In this document: piece by piece, positions 27,666 through 35,584 of the stretch
Numbering within the stretch: the stretch's first letter is position 1
Layout: each line of letters begins with the position of its first letter
From: a virus
Taxonomy: Duplodnaviria; Caudoviricetes
Length of the DNA: 64,000 nt
Virus record (IMG/VR): IMGVR_UViG_2563367078_000003
Span: 32,001-96,000 of that record
Reading direction: 5' to 3' (one strand)
The notes under the pieces: model-generated
Databases searched by the model: none
Seen by the model: the letters and a program-made list of their open reading frames with translations, nothing else
What the model was told of the DNA's origin: nothing
Program-made: the position numbers and the translations under genes

Positions 27666-28625
27666 TTAGGAGTGGGCCGGAGGAGTGGGCGGCTGGTATC
27701 CCGGCATTCCGAGCTTCTGGCCGATCTCGGCGAGCGCGTCGACGACCGTGCGTCCGTTCAGCTGCGGCCATCCGCCGTATTGGTGATTCGGGCCGCTGAG
27801 CTGGTCGCGGACCTCGCCAATAGCGTCGACCGGAGTCAGGCCGCCCAGCTGGGTCCAACCCGCGCCGTTGATGCCGCGCAGCTGATCCCAGATCTCTTGG
27901 AGCATCTGAGCCTGTGCAGGTGTCATATCTGTTTCTCCAATTCCGCAGGCGGCAGCGAAATCGCTGGGGGAAAGACCGTCTGCTGAGTTCATGTCGCAAA
28001 AGCCGAAAGGCGGGCACCACGTCGGCAGAGAACCGCCGAGCAAGGCTGCCAGTTTGTTGTCGGCGTGGTTGTGCAGTATTCGCTTATACGCGCTGGAATA
28101 GACGCCGTCCGTGAATTGGTGCGCGATCTGGCCGGGTAAATTCGGGTTCGTTCCGTATCCCGCGCCGACCATGCGAAGTCCATCCGGCCGGGTGCGCCAC
28201 ATCGAGTAGAAGTCGTTGGCGTTGGCGTAGCCGATTACTCTGCGAGTGCCGATATCATTGGTAGTGCCGAGCCAGTCCGTCCACTGCCAGTACATTTTGT
28301 TGACGCCATCCGATTGATCGCCGCCGGGATTTCCACCGGATTCGAGGTCGATCATCATCACCAACTTGGGATGTGGACCGCCCTGGGCTTCGATCATGTT
28401 TATCGCGGTCTGCCCGGTCGCCTGCCAGTTGGAGCGCCAGAACGAATACACGATGAAACAGCTGAGTTTCCCGGATTCGACGGCGTTGACGGCCCATCGG
28501 TAGTTCTGCGCGAAATTCGGATCTTCGTAGACGCCGTCGTTCGCACGGAAGCAGAAGATTTGATAGGGGTAGGTGTCGTCTACCGGGATTTGCCATGAGC
28601 TGACGTCGGCGTACAAAGAGTCCAC
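27666..28625 (-). CDS. endolysin (lysin A; GH25-like domain plus cell-wall-binding tail)
   Basis: YADVSSWQ, MIDLESGG, IAHQFTDG, CDMNSAD; tail repeats GW.QL.G.T.VDA. Confidence 0.85.
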   Translation of the reverse strand: MDSLYADVSSWQIPVDDTYPYQIFCFRANDGVYEDPNFAQNYRWAVNAVESGKLSCFIVYSFWRSNWQATGQTAINMIEAQGGPHPKLVMMIDLESGGNPGGDQSDGVNKMYWQWTDWLGTTNDIGTRRVIGYANANDFYSMWRTRPDGLRMVGAGYGTNPNLPGQIAHQFTDGVYSSAYKRILHNHADNKLAALLGGSLPTWCPPFGFCDMNSADGLSPSDFAAACGIGETDMTPAQAQMLQEIWDQLRGINGAGWTQLGGLTPVDAIGEVRDQLSGPNHQYGGWPQLNGRTVVDALAEIGQKLGMPGYQPPTPPAHS

Positions 28626-28636
28626 AACGATGCCTC

Positions 28637-29062
28637 CTATTGTGTTAAAACGCCCAGCAGAGTCGTCGCCGCCAGAACTGCGGTGAGGACTCCGTAGGTT
28701 TCGATCACGACCCGCAGCCACGAACTACCGGGCGTATGACGAGCCCAGGTGATGCCAGCGGCGACGACCGCGACCATGACCAGCGCCAGCGCGATAGCTG
28801 GAATCCCGGTCAGGAACAGGTACGGGAATGCGGGGATGAGCGCGCCGACTCCGGAGGCAATTCCGATCGCCGCCGGAGTCGCGAAACTTCCACTGTCGGA
28901 AAGCCATTCGCCGCAGCCCATGCCGATCACTTCCGCGATAGCCAGGCCGATTGCGGCGAGCAGGATCGCGGAGGGATGGTTGTGCAGCGACATGAGAACG
29001 CCTGTGCCGCAGGTCAATCCGTCGACGAGACCGAAGATCACCGCACTTTTCAAGATTTTCAT
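28637..29062 (-). CDS. VIT1/CCC1-like membrane protein
   Basis: VIFGLVDGL, GMGCGEWLS, GALIPAFPY. Confidence 0.7.
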   Translation of the reverse strand: MKILKSAVIFGLVDGLTCGTGVLMSLHNHPSAILLAAIGLAIAEVIGMGCGEWLSDSGSFATPAAIGIASGVGALIPAFPYLFLTGIPAIALALVMVAVVAAGITWARHTPGSSWLRVVIETYGVLTAVLAATTLLGVLTQ

Positions 29063-29111
29063 TTATGTTTCGAATCGTTCGATGCTAAAGCCGATATGAT
29101 AAAATCGACAT

Positions 29112-29843
29112 GTGCCTAAAATGTGTGAAATCGAAGGTTGTGCAAACTCGTCGTCATGCCGGAAAATGTGTCCAGCCCACTACGCTCGGTGGCGAAGGAC
29201 CGGAGATCCGCAGCCTGAGATTCCCATAGCCACAAAGAAGCCCAGCAACGGGTCGTGCGATGTTCCAGAATGCGGACGACCGCGATCGACTGACGGTCTG
29301 TGCTCGACACACAATGAACGACTCAAACGCTATGGCGATCCTGAATTCACAGGCCCCATACGTGGGCGACGCCGGAAAGGTCTGGCACTAGCCGAGGTAT
29401 TCGCTCTTTACATGCCCGGCGAACTCCCTGCCGATGAAACGCCCTGGATATGGCAGGGGCGTGTAGACAAAGACGGATACGGGCAGCTGACTCACGAAAA
29501 CGTCGTATGGGCAGCCCACCGTGCCGCGTACACGATTTTTGTAGGACTCATCCCTGCTGGTTTGATGATTCGGCATAAAAATGACACTCCGCTTGACGTT
29601 AACCCCCTCAATCTCGAACTCGGCACTCATGCAGATAATCAACAAGACAAGATGGAGCGTGGCAGACAGCCTCTAGGCTCCGCGCATGGTCAGTCTAAAC
29701 TGACCGAGGACTCCGTTCGGGAGGCTCGGGAGCTTTACGCCACGGGGAACTATACGCAACTGGAACTAGCGCGGTTTTACGGCATTGACGATAGTACGAT
29801 GTGTGTACTGCTTCAGCGTAAAACATGGAAACATGTTGCCTAG
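29112..29843 (+). CDS. HNH homing endonuclease (opposite strand to the late operon)
   Basis: two CxxxxC...C..H zinc motifs; AHRAAY, IRHKND...NP.NLELGT..DN..D; C-terminal HTH. Confidence 0.85.
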   Translation: MPKMCEIEGCANSSSCRKMCPAHYARWRRTGDPQPEIPIATKKPSNGSCDVPECGRPRSTDGLCSTHNERLKRYGDPEFTGPIRGRRRKGLALAEVFALYMPGELPADETPWIWQGRVDKDGYGQLTHENVVWAAHRAAYTIFVGLIPAGLMIRHKNDTPLDVNPLNLELGTHADNQQDKMERGRQPLGSAHGQSKLTEDSVREARELYATGNYTQLELARFYGIDDSTMCVLLQRKTWKHVA

Positions 29844-30232
29844 GTGGGCAACCCCTCCAGGCTATCCGGGTCGTAGTCCAGGCCGTCCTGCAGCGGTTTG
29901 TCGCCGTAGCCTTCGATCGCGTACCCGCATGCCGCCAGCGCCCAGGTGAAGCAGCCGTCCATGTGGTGCTGCGCGGCGTGCGGGTCTCCCAGAGGGGTGA
30001 ACGATCCAGCTCGGCGGCGAAGCGAAGTCTCTGCGGGCTGGCCGAGCCGATTGGCGTGAAAGACAAGCACTTCGGCGTTGGCGTGCTCCCGCTCGGGATG
30101 TACCACAATGGTCAGGAACCCGAAGGCGAAGCCGTTGTCGAAAATGGGTGGAGTGACTTCATAGCACCGCGCATAGCCGCCGTATCCGAGAACGTTCTCG
30201 AGGTGCAGCCGCGCGGTTTTCGTTGTAGGCAT
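29840..30232 (-). CDS. hypothetical protein
   Basis: ORF in the late operon with RBS. Confidence 0.7.
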   Translation of the reverse strand: MPTTKTARLHLENVLGYGGYARCYEVTPPIFDNGFAFGFLTIVVHPEREHANAEVLVFHANRLGQPAETSLRRRAGSFTPLGDPHAAQHHMDGCFTWALAACGYAIEGYGDKPLQDGLDYDPDSLEGLPT

Positions 30233-30243
30233 TGATGTTTCCT

Positions 30244-31878
30244 TTACGGCGTGGAGATGACCCAGACCATTCCGGCGTTTCCGCCGCCGCCTCCGCCGGG
30301 AGTTTCGCCGGGAATGCAGCCGCCACCTCCGCCACCCGCGCCTCCGGGGTAGCCTCCTGAGCCGCCCTGGCCGCCTTCGCCGGATGCCGAACCAGCGCCT
30401 CCACCCCCGCCCGCTGCGGGCCCGTAGGAGCCTGTGGGGAGGTTCGTGCCGTCCGAGCCGCTGAGGCCGTCTGTGGTGGCCCCGGCTCCGCCGGTCGCGT
30501 TAGCGCCGTTGCCGCCTGCTGTGCCTGGTATGGACGTCGGTGAGCCGCCGGTGCCTCCGCCTGCGTTGTAGGTCGAGGTGTTGCCGGTGCCGGGGCTTGC
30601 CGGGCCGCCTGCGTTGTAGACGCTTCCCGGGGGGCCACCGCCTGCGACAACCGAAGTGCCGTCTGTGCCGGTGAAGCTGCTTGCGGTGCCTGCGGTGCCG
30701 TCGAGGTTTATCGCGGTAATCGTGTCGATCGCAGGGCTGTGGAAATCGTTTTGAAATACCGGATAATTGCCCTCGGTGATGAAGCCGAAATGGCGGTTAC
30801 CCGCGCCGGTCGGGACGGTGCTTCCGGTGTCGGTCCAGGTGCAGACGGTGACTCCGTTGATTTTCCCGGTGAACACATTTCCGCGCCGGGTGAGCGAGAT
30901 CGTCTGGCCGTGCGCCACGCTGGTGGACGATTGAGCGACGACCGTCTGACCCGACAGCGTGCCCTCGGCCGAATACGGGCTGACCGGTGCATTGACCTGC
31001 GTCATCATTCCCGATCCCGAGCCGGTAGATGCTCCGAACACCACGATTTTCGAGCTGGAGGAGTACGTCGTCGGCGCGGGGAAATATACGCAGGTGACGT
31101 TGTCGGTGGCTTCGGGGATCGACGGTGCGACGACAACAGCTTCGATAGTGACGTCGTCGCACAACATTTCGCCGCCGACGTAGGTTGCCCACTGCCCGTT
31201 CTCGCCCGCGCCACCGGAATCGGTTCTGGCTTCGGCGGTGTTGCTGATGATCTGCGGCGAGTTGCTGCCCGAGTCGATTCGCCAGTTGGCGCCGAGGCTG
31301 GTCGAGTTCGCGCGGCCGAAGTCGTCGTAGTAGTAGGCGTACGCGCCAATCCCTTGGATGCCGATTGTGACGGCGTAGCTGGACAGGGACAGGTCGGAGT
31401 CGTTGAATGTCGTTTCCTGCCACCCGCCCATTCCGCCGCCCTGACCGCCGTATTCGGGCCCGGAATCCTCTCCGCCCATTCCGCCGCCACTGCCAGCGAT
31501 GCAGATCACTTTGTGCGTCGAATAGCCGGTCGGTTTGTGCCAGACATCGTTGACGTAATAGACCGCGATCAACTGCCCGTTTTCGAGCTTGGTGATCCTG
31601 TTTTCGTGATTGGCGAGGGTGAGCGATGACGAGGTCAGGTGTGTGGCGTTATCGGCGATCGGCTGGAGAACATTCGATTGGTGCACGTTCTGCGCGTTGG
31701 TGAACGACGCGATCGGCGTGCCTTTCAGCATGTTCTGAATCGTGGTTGTCGTCCAGTCGCTTTGAACGCCTTTCACGCCCGCTGTCTGGCCGTTCGAGGA
31801 TTGCGTGCCGTAGTTGGCTTCCGGGCCGTAAGCGAAAATGTAGTCGCCGAGCGGCGCGCCTTGATCAGGAGCTGTCAC
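30244..31878 (-). CDS. minor tail protein (glycine-rich with lectin-like insert)
   Basis: Gly-rich repeats; DDFGRAN..SLGANW domain. Confidence 0.8.
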   Translation of the reverse strand: MTAPDQGAPLGDYIFAYGPEANYGTQSSNGQTAGVKGVQSDWTTTTIQNMLKGTPIASFTNAQNVHQSNVLQPIADNATHLTSSSLTLANHENRITKLENGQLIAVYYVNDVWHKPTGYSTHKVICIAGSGGGMGGEDSGPEYGGQGGGMGGWQETTFNDSDLSLSSYAVTIGIQGIGAYAYYYDDFGRANSTSLGANWRIDSGSNSPQIISNTAEARTDSGGAGENGQWATYVGGEMLCDDVTIEAVVVAPSIPEATDNVTCVYFPAPTTYSSSSKIVVFGASTGSGSGMMTQVNAPVSPYSAEGTLSGQTVVAQSSTSVAHGQTISLTRRGNVFTGKINGVTVCTWTDTGSTVPTGAGNRHFGFITEGNYPVFQNDFHSPAIDTITAINLDGTAGTASSFTGTDGTSVVAGGGPPGSVYNAGGPASPGTGNTSTYNAGGGTGGSPTSIPGTAGGNGANATGGAGATTDGLSGSDGTNLPTGSYGPAAGGGGGAGSASGEGGQGGSGGYPGGAGGGGGGCIPGETPGGGGGGNAGMVWVISTP

Positions 31879-32354
31879 GCGTCACCGCCCAGGACTTCTT
31901 CGGCCGTGGTGCCTCGCTGGATCTTGACTTGCAATTCGTCCCAGGTGGTTGCTGCGGCGACGGGGCCACGGTCCGGCGGAGGGTCGGTGATATGCCCGAC
32001 GTTGCGAAGTTCCTGGTGGATCCATTCGCGTTCCTGCGTGGTCATCCCGCGCACATTCGGCAGCACCAGCGGTTCGACTTCTTCCGCGTCCATCGGCACC
32101 CACCGCGCCAGACCGTTCAGGAAGCTGGGGTTGCCCCGGGGCGGGAGACGCAATTTCTTCGTCTGGAGCTTGCTGTGGTGCCGGAAGCCGAGTTCGAAAA
32201 GGTGCTTCGAGATGACCTTCGCGGTATTCAGCTGGATGGGCATGGTTTCGGTGTCGCCCATCTGAATCTGCGTGAGCGCCCACAGGAAATGCTCGGTCGG
32301 GTCCTTCGGGTCACACTCGTCGTACTGGGGGAATCGTTTGTTCGTCGATGCCAT
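31875..32354 (-). CDS. minor tail-associated protein (DUF2744-like)
   Basis: CDP.DP.EHFLWAL...SKHLFELGFRH....Q. Confidence 0.75.
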   Translation of the reverse strand: MASTNKRFPQYDECDPKDPTEHFLWALTQIQMGDTETMPIQLNTAKVISKHLFELGFRHHSKLQTKKLRLPPRGNPSFLNGLARWVPMDAEEVEPLVLPNVRGMTTQEREWIHQELRNVGHITDPPPDRGPVAAATTWDELQVKIQRGTTAEEVLGGDA

Positions 32355-32709
32355 CGTTGCGGGCCTGCAATTCGGAAATCAGAGTGTCGAGCTTGGTGTT
32401 CAGTTCGTCGACGGCGCGCATGGTGTGGACCGCGACTTCTTGGTTTCGTGTGTCTTGTCTTCGACCGGCGAGAAGGATCAGCGGCGCGGCGAAGGCGGCT
32501 TGGGTGGACAGCGCGAGATTCAGCAAGACGTACGGATAGTGATCCCAGTGCGGGAATCCGGCTACGACGTTCACGGTCATCCAGATCGCCATGAATACGG
32601 CTTGGACCAGGATGAACGTCCAGCTGCCCATTCCCTTGACGGACGTATCCGCTACGCGTTCGCCGATGCTGAGTTCGTGACCGGCTCGGACTGCTGGATG
32701 CTGAGGCAC
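32311..32709 (-). CDS. DUF1003 membrane protein
   Basis: GERVAD....MGSWTFI...D.YPYVLLNLALS.QAAFAAPLIL. Confidence 0.85.
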   Translation of the reverse strand: MPQHPAVRAGHELSIGERVADTSVKGMGSWTFILVQAVFMAIWMTVNVVAGFPHWDHYPYVLLNLALSTQAAFAAPLILLAGRRQDTRNQEVAVHTMRAVDELNTKLDTLISELQARNDGIDEQTIPPVRRV

Positions 32710-32726
32710 GCGCTGCCCCCTTCTTT

Positions 32727-32744
32727 ATCGTTAGCTTTGCTAAA
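32727..32744. promoter_or_regulatory. 18-bp repeat, copy 1 (palindromic core)
   Basis: ATCGTTAGCTTTGCTAAA, identical to 55115-55132. Confidence 0.65.
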
Positions 32745-32747
32745 TAA

Positions 32748-34562
32748 TTAGATGACCCCGAGATCATGGATCGCGCCCATAATTGCTTGAATGCGCTCGA
32801 AAGCACGCGCCACCGGATCGACCGGAATGCGTTGACCGATAGTGATGTTCCACGTCGGCGCGGTTTTGCGATCCCAGGTCAGCGTAATTTCCGAGACACG
32901 GTCCACGTAAATAGACCCGGGAGGTGTGCCTCGAACGGTAGAGCCGATTCTGTCGCCGACATAAAAGTGACCGAAACCGTTTTGACCGACCAGCCATGGC
33001 AAGCCGTCAGCGACCGAGAATTTATGCGTGAATATCTCGCGCGTCGCCCACATCGATGCCCGGAGTCCAAGCAGTGCGGAAATGGTGTAGGCGTTGTCTC
33101 CTCCAGCCGCGAATCGCTCTCTGTAATGACTGAATCCAAGGCTTTGCGCGCGACTCGGATCCTTCCATGCCATAAAACTCAGAAAAACGTCGGTATATAG
33201 CGGCTTGAGCAGGGAATCCAACATTCCGCCAATAGGTGGAACGCCGATCATCATTGCGATCATGTCTCCGGCCATATTCACGGTCGCGGAGATCAATTCA
33301 TTGACACCGGGCATCGAGTGTCCGCCCGTTACGTGCTGAACGTCTTTCGCTGGAGAACCGGTGAACAATGACGTCTGAATACCCGAGTGGGCTTCTTCGC
33401 GGTAGATGATTCCGGGGCACTGCGGCAGCGTTCCGATCCATCCCGGCTGGTAGTACTCCTCGGGGAAGTTCGGGTCGGGAATCGGCAGCGTGCCGTCGTC
33501 GAAACCATCGGTGGCGAACTGCTGCACGGCATAGAGGAGACCGGTGAACAAATCGCCGCCGAAACTGGTCCCGGTGGTGTACCCCGATTTGTCGAGGATA
33601 TCGATGATCAGGCAGCCGTTGCGGAGCTTAGCGCCTTCCCAGGGGGGTGGATCTCCGGTGAGATATCTTCGGAATGTCGGCGTGAGCTGAGCGTCCTGAA
33701 GAATCGGCTTCGCGACGGTGAAGAAATCTTTGAACCGCGCCAGAAGAATAGCGAAGACAGAATTGTCCTGCCCGACCGGATCAGGCGCGACGACCATTGA
33801 CCACGACGACTGATCCAGGTCGAACCACTGATTAGCATCGAGGGGGTCGTCCGGCAGCATCCACAAAGACGATTCGAGCCGGAGAATATTACAGAAAAGC
33901 GTCGTTTTCAGACACCACTTAGCAGGTCCGAAAAGCAGCCACCATTTTGGAAACTGGATCTCGGCGGGCAAAAAAGGATTGGAGCATATTTACCTTGCCA
34001 GGTCCACCCCCCGCCTAGTCTTCCGGGTAATCCAGAATTTCAGCGGGGGGCGGACCCAGCACAGGATGTGCTTCAATTCTTCGAAATCATGCTTGAACAG
34101 CACCCGGCAAATCATCGTGCCGTCTTGCTGTTTCTCGATTTCGTAGTGATCCATGCGGCCCGACCAGCGGACCCCATCCTTATCGACGGTTACATGGATA
34201 TTCTTGGTCGTACGACCATCATGGTTGATAACCCATTGACTGAGGTAATAGTCGACAGGCATCTCGATCTTGCCCGAGCCGGTCTCGCCGTCGATCTCCT
34301 GGAAACTCGCGGTATAGGCGTGCGCGACCCTCCCTCGCAGGATCCAGTTGCCGTCGAATAGTTTGACGGTCGGCATCCTGAGGCGGTTGTCGCGCTGTTG
34401 TTTGATGTTGTTGACGATCGACCAGTATTCGGCGTCGCAATCGATCGGAGTTACTTCGGAATCAGGCTCGCCGGGGCCGCGATGAAACGGCTTTCGCAGC
34501 GTTACGGTCTGAGCCTCTTGCCGATATCGGCGGGCGTCTGTTGGCCCGAGGTTGTGAATCAT
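32748..34562 (-). CDS. minor tail protein (mycobacteriophage Gp37/ReqiPepy6-like), interrupted by a 72-nt insertion at 33984-34055
   Basis: Both ORFs are in the same frame; removing the insert gives ...ELKHILCW-SNPFLPAEIQFPK... Confidence 0.75.
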
Positions 34563-34575
34563 GCAGAGCCTTTGC

Positions 34576-35514
34576 TCACTCTAGTCCCCAAGGTCTCGAC
34601 CAGCTGCGGGGGCATCTGAGTTGAATGGAATTGCCGACTCCTGCGCCGGACACCGCGATCGGAACCGGGGTAGGCTGCGTATACGCGGGAATCGGGTACA
34701 GGAATTCGACGCCGTTCATCCGCTGGTAAATCGCGGTGTCGAGGCTGGAGACGACCTGTCCGGCCATTGTCATTTCATCGGTGTCGACGACGACGTTTTC
34801 ACCTGCGATCAGCGAGGGCATGGTGATCATGCGGCTGGCGTCGACGGTGGCGCGGTTGAAGCGGCTGTCGCCGTAGGAGTAATCGGGCAGGTGCCAGGTG
34901 ATACCGGCGTTACCGGCTTGCAGGACCCATTTCGCCCACTGTTCGTTGTTGGTGGGGTTCCACTCGGTCAGCGTCGTTGTTTCGAGGCCGCCGTGCGTGG
35001 TGTCCGTCTTTGTAATGTAAGTCTGTGTCCAGTCGTCTTCGACCCATCGCGGATATGCGGCGACGAACGTGACGAGAAGTAGGCCATACCGGCGCTCGTT
35101 CGGGTCGGATTGGACTTTGAGTTTCGGCGTGCCCTTCATGCGGACCGTCAAATACCTCGTGGATTCGCCGACGATCTTGCAGTAGATCCGGCCGTCCTGC
35201 GTATAGCTCAGGCTCTTGCGGAACCGCGAATCGTTGACACGCCACGGAACGTCTTGTGTCGATTTGACGTTGAACGCGAACGCGAATTCGAACATATTCT
35301 CGCGCAGGCCGGTGTATCTGCCGCCGATCTCGAACGCCGTGGACTGGTAGATGGTGTCGATCGGCGATTCGTAGACGTCCTCGAAAGCTGTGCCGAGGCT
35401 TTGCGCGGTGAGGGTGATGCCTTCGTTGCCGTGAAAGTCGCCGCCAGACCAGTGATAGACGTTGTTGTCGGGGCCGACGTAATAGATTTCAAGCTTCTCG
35501 GGAGGGGCGGCCAA
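34576..35514 (-). CDS. distal/minor tail protein
   Basis: follows the tape measure gene; WNPT..EQWAKW, FLYPIP.YT, WSRPWGLE. Confidence 0.85.
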   Translation of the reverse strand: MAAPPEKLEIYYVGPDNNVYHWSGGDFHGNEGITLTAQSLGTAFEDVYESPIDTIYQSTAFEIGGRYTGLRENMFEFAFAFNVKSTQDVPWRVNDSRFRKSLSYTQDGRIYCKIVGESTRYLTVRMKGTPKLKVQSDPNERRYGLLLVTFVAAYPRWVEDDWTQTYITKTDTTHGGLETTTLTEWNPTNNEQWAKWVLQAGNAGITWHLPDYSYGDSRFNRATVDASRMITMPSLIAGENVVVDTDEMTMAGQVVSSLDTAIYQRMNGVEFLYPIPAYTQPTPVPIAVSGAGVGNSIQLRCPRSWSRPWGLE

Positions 35515-35534
35515 TGCGGGACCTTTCGAGCAGA

Positions 35535-35576
35535 AGAAAAGGCCCTCCATCCATCACTGAACGAAGGGCCTTTTCT
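35535..35576 (-). terminator. hairpin after the tape measure gene
   Basis: AGAAAAGGCCCT/AGGGCCTTTTCT followed by a U-rich stretch on the minus strand. Confidence 0.55.
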
Positions 35577-35584
35577 GGTGTATG

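Noticed and set aside
34021-34036. Similarity of the tail-gene insert loop (TGGATTACCCGG) to TGGATTACACCGG in the 55-kb element
   Set aside because: Short, gapped and same-sense rather than complementary; could be chance, so not used as evidence of trans-splicing.
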